Source of the DNA: an uncultured Candidatus Bathyarchaeia archaeon
GTDB taxonomy: Archaea; Thermoproteota; Bathyarchaeia; Bathyarchaeales; DTEX01
DNA length: 64,000 nt
Assembly: GCA_964508155.1 (NCBI GenBank)
Contig: CAZDRE010000006.1
Location: forward strand, 7,266 to 71,265
Direction: 5' to 3'
Part shown: positions 44,640 through 54,676 of the stretch, in pieces
Numbering within the stretch: position 1 is the stretch's first letter
How the letters are laid out: each line of letters starts with the position of its first letter
Position numbers and translations under genes: made by a program
The notes under the pieces: generated by a model
The model's database searches: none
What the model was told of the DNA's origin: nothing
Seen by the model: only the letters and a program-made list of their open reading frames with translations

Positions 44640-47528
44640 TTGTCGTTTGAATGGAGAGAGATTGAAGAGAAGTGGAGAAGAAGATGGGAGGAGGCTGGAA
44701 TATTCGAGGCGGATCCCGACCCCAAACGTAAAAAATGCTTTGTTACGTTTCCGTATCCATACATGAATGGGCCGCTACATTTGGGACATGGATTCACAGC
44801 CTGCAGAGTTGATGTTTATGCACGTTATAAGAGGATGAGAGGCTTTAATACGCTCTTCCCATGGGCTTGGCACTGGACCGGAGAACCAATAGTAGGCGCG
44901 GCATTACGAGTTAAAAGGGGAGACAAGGACATGATCAGGATGCTGAGGGAGATCGATGGTGTCCCCGAGGAAGAATTAAGCAAATTTGCAGATCCAGTTT
45001 ATATGGCTGAATACTACACGGCTGAGGGCAGAGAGACCGTTAAGAGAATCGGTTTCTCAGTCGATTGGAGAAGGGAATTTCACACAACATCCCTTGAGCC
45101 TACATACAGTCGTTTCATCGAGTGGCAGTATGAAACGTTAAGGAAGAAGGGTTACGTCGTTAAGGGAACACATCCGGTTGTTTGGTGTCCACATTGTAAA
45201 AGCCCAACTGGAGATCATGATCGCCTGGAAGGCGAAGGAGTATCAGCAGAGGAATATACACTCTTAAAGTTTCAATTTGAAGATGCCTATCTGCCTGCTG
45301 CAACTTTCAGGCCGGAAACGATATATGGAGTCACAAATATGTTTTTAAATCCAGATGCGACATACGTTGAGGCTCTCGTTGACGGCGAGAAGTGGATAAT
45401 CAGTAAAGAGGCGGCCTATAAGCTCTCAGAGCAGCTCAGAAAAGTTGAGATTTTAAGAGAGTTTAAGGGTGCTGAACTGATAGGGAAATACTTTATTGAT
45501 CCAGTAAGTAAGAGGAGGCTTCCTATACTTCCGGGATGGTTCGTTGATCCAAACTCAGCGACTGGAGTAGTATATAGTGTTCCAGCGCATGCCCCGGCGG
45601 ATTGGATAGCAATTAGGGATCTGATGGAGAAACCTGAACTCCTAGAGAAGTTTGGTATAGATCCGAAGGTTGTAAAGGAAATAAAGCCTATATCGCTTAT
45701 TGAGGTTGAGGGATTCGGCGAGTATCCAGCCATAGAGATAGTTGAGAATATGAAGATTAAGGATCAGTTTGATCCGAAGGTTGATGAGGCAACATCAATC
45801 GTGTATAAGAAGGAATTTCATACGGGAGTGTTAAAGCCCATAACTGGCAAGTATGCTGGTAGAACAGTTAGAGAAGTTAAGGCCGAGTTAATAGAGGACT
45901 TTAAGAGGGATGGAATAGCAGATTCGATGTATGATCTGCCTGAAAAGGTTGTATGCAGATGCATGACGAGATGCATAGTTAAGGTTCTCTCGGATCAATG
46001 GTTCCTAAAGTATTCCGATCCAGAATGGAAGGAGCTCGCACATGAAGCGATAGATAGGGCTAAGATATTTCCTGAGTCAGCCCGCGCATACTTCCATGAG
46101 AAGATAGATTGGCTTAGGGATTGGGCATGCGCTCGGAGAACCGGACTTGGAACGCCTCTCCCATGGAGTCCAGACTGGATAGTTGAGACTCTGAGCGACT
46201 CGACGATATATATGGCATTTTATACGATAGCGAAGCATATTAGGCAGTATAATATTAGGGCTGAACAATTAACGAATGAGGTCTTTGATTACATATTCTT
46301 CGGCTTGGGAGATCCGGAGAGGCTCGCCGAGAGGTCTGGGATAGACGTTGATGTGTTAAGGGGGATGAGAGAGGAATTCACGTATTGGTATCCGGTTGAT
46401 TTGAGGGTCTCAGCGAAGGAGCTCGTTCCAAATCACCTTTCATTCTTCATCTTCCAGCATACAGCTCTCTTTCCGCCGGAACTATGGCCAAAAGCAATAG
46501 GAGTTAACGGTATGCTCTCAATCGAAGGGAAGAAGATGTCTAAGTCTAAGGGAAACTTCCTTAAGCTCAGCGATGCAGTTGAAAAGTTCGGGGCTGACGT
46601 TACAAGGCTAACTCTTCTACTCGGAGCTGAGGACATGAACGATCCAGATTGGCGTGTTGAGAATGCAAAAAGCATAGATTCAAGGCTTAGAGCACTTTAT
46701 AGATTTATCAGTGAGATAATCGGCCTGAAGGGCGAATCTGAGGTTAGAAATATTGATCGTTGGTTGATCTCCATTCTTCAAGGAAGAATAAGAGCCGTGA
46801 CGGATGCTATAGAGAACTTGAAGACTAGAACAGCCGCTGAGGTAGCACTTTTTGAAATCTGGAATGATATTCGATGGTATCTGAGGAGGGCTGAGAATCC
46901 GAATCCGAAGATCCTATTGGAAGTTGTTGATGTTTGGATTAGGCTCTTAGCTCCTTTCATCCCGTATCTATGCGAGGAGCTCTGGCATATGATTGGAAGG
47001 GACGGCTTCGTATCCATTGCTGATTGGCCATTACCCGATGAGTCGAAGGTTGACGTGAAGGCTGAAGAGGCCGAAGATATGATCAGACAGCTCATAGATG
47101 ATACCGCAAACATCATCGAGGTCACGAAGATAACGCCTAGGAAGATATGCTATTACGTATCTTCAGATTGGAAATGGAGAGCATACTTGGAGATGCTTCG
47201 AGCATCAACCTCGGGAAAGGTTGATATGGGCTCAATAATGAAGAGTCTGATGAGAGATCCCGAGCTGAGGCGTTTAGCGAAGAATGTATCCGCGTACGTT
47301 GGAAAGAGCCTGCAGGAAGTGAATACCCTGCCAGATGAAAAAAGGTATAGGAGACTGGAAGCAGGGGAGATGGATGAGCTTAAGATATTAAATGAAGCAA
47401 GGAGCTTCATTGAGAGAGAATTTAAGGCTGAGGTTCTTGTATTCAGCGAGGATGATCCGGAAAGGTATGATCCGAAGAATAGGGCTGGAGCAGCGAAGCC
47501 CTATAGGCCAGCGATCTACATTGAGTAG
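44640..47528 (+). CDS. leuS: leucyl-tRNA synthetase
   Basis: 962-aa ORF with a TTG start 2 nt after the alaS stop. 'PYPYMNGPLHLGH' is the HIGH motif and 'KMSKSKGN' is the KMSKS motif. Confidence 0.95.
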   Translation: MSFEWREIEEKWRRRWEEAGIFEADPDPKRKKCFVTFPYPYMNGPLHLGHGFTACRVDVYARYKRMRGFNTLFPWAWHWTGEPIVGAALRVKRGDKDMIRMLREIDGVPEEELSKFADPVYMAEYYTAEGRETVKRIGFSVDWRREFHTTSLEPTYSRFIEWQYETLRKKGYVVKGTHPVVWCPHCKSPTGDHDRLEGEGVSAEEYTLLKFQFEDAYLPAATFRPETIYGVTNMFLNPDATYVEALVDGEKWIISKEAAYKLSEQLRKVEILREFKGAELIGKYFIDPVSKRRLPILPGWFVDPNSATGVVYSVPAHAPADWIAIRDLMEKPELLEKFGIDPKVVKEIKPISLIEVEGFGEYPAIEIVENMKIKDQFDPKVDEATSIVYKKEFHTGVLKPITGKYAGRTVREVKAELIEDFKRDGIADSMYDLPEKVVCRCMTRCIVKVLSDQWFLKYSDPEWKELAHEAIDRAKIFPESARAYFHEKIDWLRDWACARRTGLGTPLPWSPDWIVETLSDSTIYMAFYTIAKHIRQYNIRAEQLTNEVFDYIFFGLGDPERLAERSGIDVDVLRGMREEFTYWYPVDLRVSAKELVPNHLSFFIFQHTALFPPELWPKAIGVNGMLSIEGKKMSKSKGNFLKLSDAVEKFGADVTRLTLLLGAEDMNDPDWRVENAKSIDSRLRALYRFISEIIGLKGESEVRNIDRWLISILQGRIRAVTDAIENLKTRTAAEVALFEIWNDIRWYLRRAENPNPKILLEVVDVWIRLLAPFIPYLCEELWHMIGRDGFVSIADWPLPDESKVDVKAEEAEDMIRQLIDDTANIIEVTKITPRKICYYVSSDWKWRAYLEMLRASTSGKVDMGSIMKSLMRDPELRRLAKNVSAYVGKSLQEVNTLPDEKRYRRLEAGEMDELKILNEARSFIEREFKAEVLVFSEDDPERYDPKNRAGAAKPYRPAIYIE

Positions 47529-48793
47529 TGCACGCTTACAGATATTTTCTCTTTTCTCATTATCGCGTTTATAACTGCTTCTTCAGTTGCCTCAACCTCG
47601 ATAGGCCTTGCAAACTGTTTTACAACTATGTCAGGATCTTTAAGTCCATGTCCAGTGAGTATGCAAACGACAGTTTCATCTTTATCTATTAAGCCTTCGC
47701 TGACAAGCCTTATCAATCCGGCTATTGAAGCTGCGCTTGCAGGCTCAACGAATATTCCTTCGAGTTGAGCAAGAAGCCTCTGAGCCTCAAGTATCTCCTT
47801 ATCAGAGACCTTCTCCACAGTGCCGCCGGATTCCTTAACGGCTCTAACAGCTTTCTTCCAATTAACTGGAGAGCCTATCCTAATGGCTGTTGCAACGGTC
47901 TCGGGATTTTCAACAAACTCGATTAAGTCCATTCCCTTTTTGAGAGAATTCGCGATTGGCGCCGCGCCTTCAGCCTGTATGCCAATCATCTGTGGAAGAT
48001 CATCGATTAAGCCAATCTTGCGAAGCTCCGTGAAGCCTTTCCAGTAAGCGCTGATGTTCCCCGCGTTCCCAACTGGAATCACGATCTTATCTGGAACCTT
48101 CCCGCATAGTTGGTCGCGTATCTCGAAGGCCGCTGTTTTCTGCCCCTCCAGACGGAAAGGATTAACTGAATTGAGCAGATATATCCTATGAGTGTGACAT
48201 ATACTTCTGACTATCCTGAGAGCCTCATCGAAATTTCCCCTTATCTGTATTACTTTAGCCCCATGGATTATGGCTTGAGTCAATTTTCCGAATGCTATCT
48301 TACCTGATGGTATAAGAACTATGCATTCTATTCCAGCCCTTGCAGCATATGCTGCAAGGGAGGCTGATGTATTTCCAGTCGAGGCGCATGCAACCCTAAT
48401 CATTCCAAGCTCTAGGGCCTTAGTAACCCCGACGGTCATGCCTCTGTCCTTGAATGATCCAGTCGGATTTTCACCTTCATTCTTAACGTAAAGGTTCTTC
48501 AATCCGATTTTATCGGAGAGTCTTATGCATCTGTTAAGTGATGTTCCGCCTTCGCTGAGGCTTACTCGACGCTCAAATGTGCTCACCGGGAGGAGCTCTC
48601 TATATCGCCAAACGGATAAAGGCCTTCTTCTCCATGCATCTTCAATATCTTCAGGAATTTCTGAGAGATCATATTCAACTGATAATAAGTCTCCACATCT
48701 CCCGCAGTTGTAGATCACCTGATCGGGATTATACCTTGATCCGCAGCCTATGCACTCCAAGTGGAATGGTATCTTCATCAACTCACCATCCAA
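47516..48793 (-). CDS. thrC: threonine synthase
   Basis: 425-aa ORF with an N-terminal zinc ribbon 'CIGCG...CGRCG', PLP-lysine motif 'PTGSFKDRG' and 'PVGNAGN'. The likely start is 'MKIPF' at 48778. Confidence 0.9.
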   Translation of the reverse strand: MDGELMKIPFHLECIGCGSRYNPDQVIYNCGRCGDLLSVEYDLSEIPEDIEDAWRRRPLSVWRYRELLPVSTFERRVSLSEGGTSLNRCIRLSDKIGLKNLYVKNEGENPTGSFKDRGMTVGVTKALELGMIRVACASTGNTSASLAAYAARAGIECIVLIPSGKIAFGKLTQAIIHGAKVIQIRGNFDEALRIVRSICHTHRIYLLNSVNPFRLEGQKTAAFEIRDQLCGKVPDKIVIPVGNAGNISAYWKGFTELRKIGLIDDLPQMIGIQAEGAAPIANSLKKGMDLIEFVENPETVATAIRIGSPVNWKKAVRAVKESGGTVEKVSDKEILEAQRLLAQLEGIFVEPASAASIAGLIRLVSEGLIDKDETVVCILTGHGLKDPDIVVKQFARPIEVEATEEAVINAIMRKEKISVSVHYSM

Positions 48794-48917
48794 ACTGTAG
48801 AGTCCCCTACAAAGTCAATACTCCTCCGCTTAAAGAATTTTGGGCTAATAATCGATGAGTAATTTTGGCCTGTAAAGAACTCTCTCATGGCTTGAAGGAT
48901 CCTGCATCTTCATCATG

Positions 48918-49436
48918 CTAAATTGAAATATCTTGAATGCTCTGAAATCTGATCTTTTCCGCAAAGTCTTTAAGTGGAAGAGTCTTCATCTGTCTAAGGC
49001 ACTTCATATTTAGTTCCAAGAGTAACCTTGCTTTTTCGCATTCAAGAAGTAACTTCTCCATATTCTTTCTACGTTCTTCGCTGAGGCAAGAAATATTCTT
49101 TCTGAGATAATTTATTGTGGAAGATAATTGTCGCTCAACTATCTCTTGAAAGAAGCGTTCGAGGACATCTAAAATGGATCTCACAGCTTTATACAGCTTT
49201 TTTCTTCCCTTCTTCCTATGAGTGACCAAACCGATGGCCTCAAGAAATGAGAGGCTGCTGCTAATGAGACCTGTGCTATAACCAGTCAACTGGGTAAGTT
49301 CATCTTGCGTCAAGTATCCCCCATGAAGTAGTAGAGAAGTGAATATCTTCCCAACAGTCTCGCCTAAGCCCAGCTTGGATATCAACTTTGAAATTATCGA
49401 AATGAAATCGTCGGCAATGTAAGATTCATCGCTCAT
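48918..49436 (-). CDS. wHTH transcriptional regulator (MarR/GbsR/TrmB-like)
   Basis: 172-aa ORF with 'GKIFTSLLLHGGYLTQDELTQLTGYSTGLISSSLSFLEAIGLVTHRKKGRKKLY'. It lies upstream of thrC and is co-directional with it. Confidence 0.55.
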   Translation of the reverse strand: MSDESYIADDFISIISKLISKLGLGETVGKIFTSLLLHGGYLTQDELTQLTGYSTGLISSSLSFLEAIGLVTHRKKGRKKLYKAVRSILDVLERFFQEIVERQLSSTINYLRKNISCLSEERRKNMEKLLLECEKARLLLELNMKCLRQMKTLPLKDFAEKIRFQSIQDISI

Positions 49437-49596
49437 CTCATCACCTAAAAAAGTAATCTTTCATTGTTAAATATAACAGTAATTCATTTTTCGGCAAAAA
49501 TTGACGGCATAAAGCCCTAAAAGATAATTTTCAATATTTTATGAATTTTTAGAAAATTATAAATCAAGCTCCTCCATACATAGCAATGAGCGGCGA

Positions 49597-50397
49597 ATGA
49601 AAAACTCTTTGAAGTGCATCATCGGGTTATCAAGGCCTTTGGGATGGAAGGCATACCTCTGGATGGCTATAATCGGTTACATTGATGGAGCTAAATCCTT
49701 AACTTTCAATCCTCTATTCGCGTATACAATAGTATCCTATCTGGCAATAGCATTTGCAGTGAATGATCTTTTCGATATCGATTCTGATTCATCGAACCCC
49801 TCAAAGAATAATCTTCTATGCTCCCGTAGATGTGACAGAAAACACGTCATAATTTTATTGACGAATCATATATTGGCCTGTCTCTGCTTGTATGTGCTCG
49901 ATCTCAGTATGTTTATGCTTTATGTGTTCATGTCATGCTTGGCAATAGTCTATAGCGTCCCTCCAATCAGGTTGAAGGGAAGGTCATTCCTTGATGTGGT
50001 TTCCCATGCGCTCTTCTTTGGAGGGTTGATATATCTCTATGGATACTTCATGGGGGGAGGAGAAATCCATGCGCTCAGCTGGGCTAAGCCTATACTTCTC
50101 TCATTATACTCAATCTTCTTACAGCTAAGGAATTTATGTGAGGATCGCATATATGATATGGCCGCTGGAGATTATACGACGGCAGTGGCTCATCCAGAGG
50201 CTTCAAGGCTTACTCTAATACTCGTCGGGTCGTTATTGACTGTGTTCTCGACTGCTCATCTCCTGTTATGCGCCATTCCTTTAACTTCCATAATCTTCCT
50301 TGTCTCATTCTTTCTAGGATATAAGTTAGGCTGGGAACGTTTCATAGATTGCCTATTCGTAGTCTCAGTAACGCTCTCCTCTTGGTGGTCGCTTTGA
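49597..50397 (+). CDS. UbiA-family prenyltransferase
   Basis: 266-aa polytopic ORF with the Asp-rich motif 'NDLFDIDSD' (NDxxDxxxD). Confidence 0.7.
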   Translation: MKNSLKCIIGLSRPLGWKAYLWMAIIGYIDGAKSLTFNPLFAYTIVSYLAIAFAVNDLFDIDSDSSNPSKNNLLCSRRCDRKHVIILLTNHILACLCLYVLDLSMFMLYVFMSCLAIVYSVPPIRLKGRSFLDVVSHALFFGGLIYLYGYFMGGGEIHALSWAKPILLSLYSIFLQLRNLCEDRIYDMAAGDYTTAVAHPEASRLTLILVGSLLTVFSTAHLLLCAIPLTSIIFLVSFFLGYKLGWERFIDCLFVVSVTLSSWWSL

Positions 50398-51500
50398 GGA
50401 TACTCATGGTCTCAGAATGGTCACCATGCACATATGGGAGCGTAGCATCACAAGTCAGGTTGCTCTCAAAATGGCTTATCAGCAGGGGACACGAAGTAAG
50501 CATATTATTCAAGGAGGGGGAATGCAAATATCAGAATGCTATAAGAGTAAAGGCTGTATTCCCCCTCGATTATCATATAGTTCCTCCTTCTATTCAAGAG
50601 GTTAAATGTGCTATTAAAAGGATAAAGCCCGATATCGTGCACGTGCATCACTCTTTCACTCCTCTTTCATTAATTGCCGTTAGGGCCTCAACAAAACTTA
50701 AAATACCATGCGTCCTTACAAATCATTCTTTACCCCCAACTAATGATATAAATCACTGGATGAGGATTTCCTATATAACCCCGCATAGATGGTTACTTAA
50801 ACCGACACTTGTAACTGCCGTCAGCAACTCTGCAGCGGATTTCATAAGGAGATTCCTAGGTCTAAAGAGCGAAGTGAAGGTTATCCCAAATGCTGTGGAT
50901 ACCAATGAATTTAAGCCGTATGTGCCGCTTCAACTCAGAGAGGATTCCATTCTTTACTTGGGCAGACTTGTGCATAGAAAGGGGGTTCATATACTCATAA
51001 AGGCCATGAAGTATCTTAGGAGGCGTAGGGTAAGAGCTCGTCTCGTTATAGCTGGCAGGGGATATATGGAGCCGTTCCTCAAGATAATAGCATCTGACAT
51101 CGACGATATCACGTTTATGGGCGCTGTGAAGGAGGTGGAAAAGCCTCGAATATACGCGATGGCCAAAGTATTCGTTCTTCCAAGTCTTGCAGGCGAGAGC
51201 TTTGGTGTTGTGCTACTAGAGGCTCTATCTTCGGGAACCCCCGTTATAGCCACTAGAGTGGGAGGTATACCAGAAATAATAAGATGCGGCATTGAAGGGA
51301 TCCTAGTTAATCCGGGGGATCCAATAGAGCTTGGAGATGCAATAAGACATCTTCTATCATCCTCGAACGATTGGATGGTTATGTCTAAGCAAGCAAGAAG
51401 GAAAGCCGTCGAGAAATTCTCCATCGAAAGAATCGGAAAGCTCTACGAAAATATATATTTAGAGGTTACTGGAGCGGCAGATAAACATAGATATCAATAA
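50394..51500 (+). CDS. GT-B glycosyltransferase, family 4-like
   Basis: It has 'RILMVSEWSP...G', 'GRLVHRKG' and 'ESFGVVLLEALSSGTPVIAT'. An in-frame TTG at 50394 overlaps the UbiA stop (tTTGA), and ATG 50406 is the alternative start. The ORF-track start at 50349 is unlikely. Confidence 0.8.
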   Translation: MRILMVSEWSPCTYGSVASQVRLLSKWLISRGHEVSILFKEGECKYQNAIRVKAVFPLDYHIVPPSIQEVKCAIKRIKPDIVHVHHSFTPLSLIAVRASTKLKIPCVLTNHSLPPTNDINHWMRISYITPHRWLLKPTLVTAVSNSAADFIRRFLGLKSEVKVIPNAVDTNEFKPYVPLQLREDSILYLGRLVHRKGVHILIKAMKYLRRRRVRARLVIAGRGYMEPFLKIIASDIDDITFMGAVKEVEKPRIYAMAKVFVLPSLAGESFGVVLLEALSSGTPVIATRVGGIPEIIRCGIEGILVNPGDPIELGDAIRHLLSSSNDWMVMSKQARRKAVEKFSIERIGKLYENIYLEVTGAADKHRYQ

Positions 51501-51738
51501 CGCAGATAATCATAGGTAATCTTGTGATAGTCATTTTCTTTTCTTATCAATGCTAAGCGCCATATTCTTGAAGAATCTTTAAAGACCAAGTAAATTCGTC
51601 CAAAACTGGGAGGATTGGAGAATTCAATTAAGATGGCTACAAAATGGATTGCAAAAATTGTGCCTCGATGCGAAATGCCAGATTCTCTCTTTAATTCTTT
51701 TGTTTGCCATTTCTTGGGAAAACTCAAAATAAATATTT

Positions 51739-53163
51739 ATGCGGCAATATTTATTGTGGGGCGACTATTCTTTGGGCAGCCTCCAATGCGTCGATTGTGG
51801 AAAAATCCAAGATTATCCTCCAGTGATTAAATGCCCAAAATGCGGAGGTTTAGTCGAATATAGGATCGACATTGAAAGATCGAAGGAAATAGATCTCAGC
51901 GGCGAATTTTCATTCTGGAGATATAGACCTCTTCTTCCAGAGGTAAAAAATGTTGCATCCATGAAAGAGGGTGGAACGCCATTCTACAGAGCTGAGAGAC
52001 TCTCAAAGGAGCTCGGGATATCCGCATTATACTTAAAGGATGAAACCCGAAATCCAACAAATTCCTTCAGAGACAGAGCCGCCGCACTATTAGTCTCAAA
52101 TATCCTCGACTTAAAAATGAAGGTAGCGGTATGCGCAACGAATGGAAATATGGGAGCCTCGTTATCGGCATATTGCGCCAAATATGGCATAATCTGCCAT
52201 GCGATAATCCCAAGGATCGTGGATATGGGTAAACTTGCCCAAATGTTGGTTTATGATGCCATCATAGAGGAGCATGGGGAGACCGTTGATGAGTCCATCG
52301 AAAGAGCCAAGGTCCTTGTTGAGGAAACCGGATGGTATCAGGCGACTCCGGAGCTAAATCCACTGGTTATAGAGGCACAAAAGACTATAGCATTTGAAGT
52401 CATCGAGCAGTTTGGAGTTCCGGACTGGTTTATAGTCTCTATGGGGAGTGGGGGAACAGCTTACTCAATATGGAAAGGCTTTAGAGAGTTCTATGAAATT
52501 GGAAAAATAGATGCTTTACCCAAGATTCTTGGAGTTCAAGCTGAGGGATGCTCGCCTATAGTCAATGCCTACCTTAATAATGATCTTGGATCTGAAGGGG
52601 CATTTACACATGCAATTGGAATACTCGTCAGAAATCCACTTCAAATGAACCTGGCATTGAAGGCAATCAAAGACTCAGATGGTATGGCAATTTCAGTCTC
52701 TGATCAAGAGATATTTGCAGCTGAGCAAGAAATAGCTAGGCTTGAAGGGATATTTGCTGAACCCGCAAGCTCCGGGACGATAGCGGCATTAAAGAAGGCC
52801 ATGACGGAATCGATCATTAAGGGCGACGAATCTGTTGTATGCTTGATAACTGGAAGCGGATTAAAGGCAACAGATATTCTGCAGGCTCTTTCAAAGAAGA
52901 GGAAATCAGCGGCGCTTGGAGCGGAATTCAGCACAAAGGAGAAGATACTCAGGCTGTTATCTAAAGAGGATAAATATGGATATGAGCTTTGGAAGGATCT
53001 CGGTAGGATTATGACGAGATCCGCAGTCTATCAGCATCTAAATGAGCTCTGCAATCGAGGCCTGCTCTTACCTTATGTGAAAGACGGAAGGAAATACTTC
53101 AGAATTACCAACAGAGGAAAAAGAATTTTAAAGGCGCTTGACGAGATAAAAATTCTGCTTTAA
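51739..53163 (+). CDS. threonine-synthase-like (PLP fold type II) domain with Lys->Arg at the PLP site, fused to a C-terminal PadR-like wHTH
   Basis: 474-aa ORF that aligns along its length with the ThrC at 47516-48793, including the Zn ribbon 'CVDCG...CPKCGG'. It reads 'PTNSFRDRA' (AGA at 52069-52071) where ThrC has 'PTGSFKDRG'. The C-terminal segment is 'KYGYELWKDLGRIMTRSAVYQHLNELCNRGLLLPYVKDGRKYFRITNRGKRIL'. Confidence 0.75.
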   Translation: MRQYLLWGDYSLGSLQCVDCGKIQDYPPVIKCPKCGGLVEYRIDIERSKEIDLSGEFSFWRYRPLLPEVKNVASMKEGGTPFYRAERLSKELGISALYLKDETRNPTNSFRDRAAALLVSNILDLKMKVAVCATNGNMGASLSAYCAKYGIICHAIIPRIVDMGKLAQMLVYDAIIEEHGETVDESIERAKVLVEETGWYQATPELNPLVIEAQKTIAFEVIEQFGVPDWFIVSMGSGGTAYSIWKGFREFYEIGKIDALPKILGVQAEGCSPIVNAYLNNDLGSEGAFTHAIGILVRNPLQMNLALKAIKDSDGMAISVSDQEIFAAEQEIARLEGIFAEPASSGTIAALKKAMTESIIKGDESVVCLITGSGLKATDILQALSKKRKSAALGAEFSTKEKILRLLSKEDKYGYELWKDLGRIMTRSAVYQHLNELCNRGLLLPYVKDGRKYFRITNRGKRILKALDEIKILL

Positions 53164-53222
53164 CACAAACGGCTCACATAAAATTTATTCCAAAAAAATA
53201 ATATTAAAGTTATAACTGTAAT

Positions 53223-54002
53223 ATGAGGGTATTATCAATGCTGAAAGAGAAGAAAGTAACATCACCTTTTATTGTAGCCTTAGCGGCGATCTTTACATCC
53301 TTCGTCTGCATAGCAACCATACTATTCTCTGTGTATATTCCATCCACCGAGGGATTCTTTAATATCGGGGAATCCATGGTCTTCCTCTCAGCTCTGCTCT
53401 TCGGCCCATATGTAGGCGCATTCGCTGGCGGAGTTGGTTCAATGTTGGCTGATCTAATTTTGGGATATCCACACTACGCGCCTGCAACATTAGTGATTAA
53501 GGCATGTGAGGGTTTCATTGTAGGCTTCTTGGCCGAGCATAATCCCAAATTGAAATCAAGACTTAAATGGAAGATCTTCACATTGCTTCTCGGCTTAGTA
53601 GTCGGGCTCCTATTGGCCATTATCGGCTCCATCTACTATAGTGGCGAAGGCGAACTAACACTCGGATTTATAACATGCAAGTTTATGTTGCCATGTGTGT
53701 TCTGGCTGATACTCGGAGGATTAGTAGCATTTCTAATCTCGCTGGTAGGCTTTCTCTCTGATCCACAATTTGGATGGATCTTGTTCTCAGTGACTCTAGG
53801 AGGCCTAATGATGGTTCTTGGTTATTTCCTATATGAAATGTTCATCATTGGTTGGCTCTTTAATATTTCAGTGATAGCCATAGCTGAGGTTCCAGTAAAT
53901 GTTGGGCAGATGATTATAGGGGCGCTTATAGCTATTCCAACTGCAAGGGTGATCAGGCGTGCATTTCCGCAGATGAGGAGAAGTGCCGATTCAAAGTTTT
54001 AA
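53223..54002 (+). CDS. ECF-transporter S-component-like membrane protein
   Basis: 259-aa ORF with 6-7 TM segments. 'GESMVFLSALLFGPYVGAFAGGVGSMLADLILGYPHYAPATLVIKACEGFIVG' resembles S-component signatures. Confidence 0.55.
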   Translation: MRVLSMLKEKKVTSPFIVALAAIFTSFVCIATILFSVYIPSTEGFFNIGESMVFLSALLFGPYVGAFAGGVGSMLADLILGYPHYAPATLVIKACEGFIVGFLAEHNPKLKSRLKWKIFTLLLGLVVGLLLAIIGSIYYSGEGELTLGFITCKFMLPCVFWLILGGLVAFLISLVGFLSDPQFGWILFSVTLGGLMMVLGYFLYEMFIIGWLFNISVIAIAEVPVNVGQMIIGALIAIPTARVIRRAFPQMRRSADSKF

Positions 54003-54038
54003 GGCTGACACGCCCATTAGATATCGAGGGAGAAGAAT

Positions 54039-54647
54039 TTGAGTTTTAAGGGGCAAAGGCAAGAACGTAGTATCTACATAGTTACTGGAACTCCCGGAGT
54101 TGGAAAATCCTCGATTTCAAAGATGCTTGCATCCATTTTAGGGGCTAGACTCATCTCCATCGGTGAATTAGTTAAGAGGGAGGGCCTCTATACTGGATGG
54201 GATGAAGAGAGAGAGACTTTAATTGCCGATACTGATAGACTTTCGGAGAGGATCAGCGAGATCATAAATGCCGAAAAAAGAACCATAATTATCGAGGGGC
54301 ACTACGCTGTTCATATCGTTCCTCCCGAAAAGGTAGATTTGATCTTCATACTCAGAAGGGATCCGAGAGAGCTTAAGAAGACTCTGGAGGATAGAGGATA
54401 TAGTCGGAGGAAGGTTATGGAGAACTTGGCAGCTGAGATCTTGGATGTATGCCTATTCGACGCTGTAGATGTTTGCGGAGTTGAAAAGTTATGCGAGATA
54501 AACACGACATCTAAGAGTCCAGAAGAGGTTGTGGATGAGATAATCTCAGTCATAAAGGGGGAAAGAAGACCTGAGGTTGGAATCGTAGATTGGCTTGGGA
54601 TGCTTGAGTCTGAGGGAATACTCGACGATTACCTGAAGGAATTTTGA
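54039..54647 (+). CDS. adenylate kinase isoenzyme 6 / Fap7-like NTPase
   Basis: 202-aa ORF with a TTG start and P-loop 'VTGTPGVGKSS'. Size and layout match archaeal AK6. Confidence 0.7.
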   Translation: MSFKGQRQERSIYIVTGTPGVGKSSISKMLASILGARLISIGELVKREGLYTGWDEERETLIADTDRLSERISEIINAEKRTIIIEGHYAVHIVPPEKVDLIFILRRDPRELKKTLEDRGYSRRKVMENLAAEILDVCLFDAVDVCGVEKLCEINTTSKSPEEVVDEIISVIKGERRPEVGIVDWLGMLESEGILDDYLKEF

Positions 54648-54676
54648 AGTGAGAGATCGTTTAATTCTAAATTTTA

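Noticed and set aside
39204-47528. The cluster of asnS, P1, alaS and leuS, considered as a special 'translation island' in which P1 lacks an adjacent P0/L10 gene.
   Set aside because: P1 followed by alaS is a known arrangement in some crenarchaeal-type genomes. Tight alaS-leuS spacing is ordinary operon packing. The absence of P0 upstream is noted, but I cannot evaluate it without the rest of the genome.
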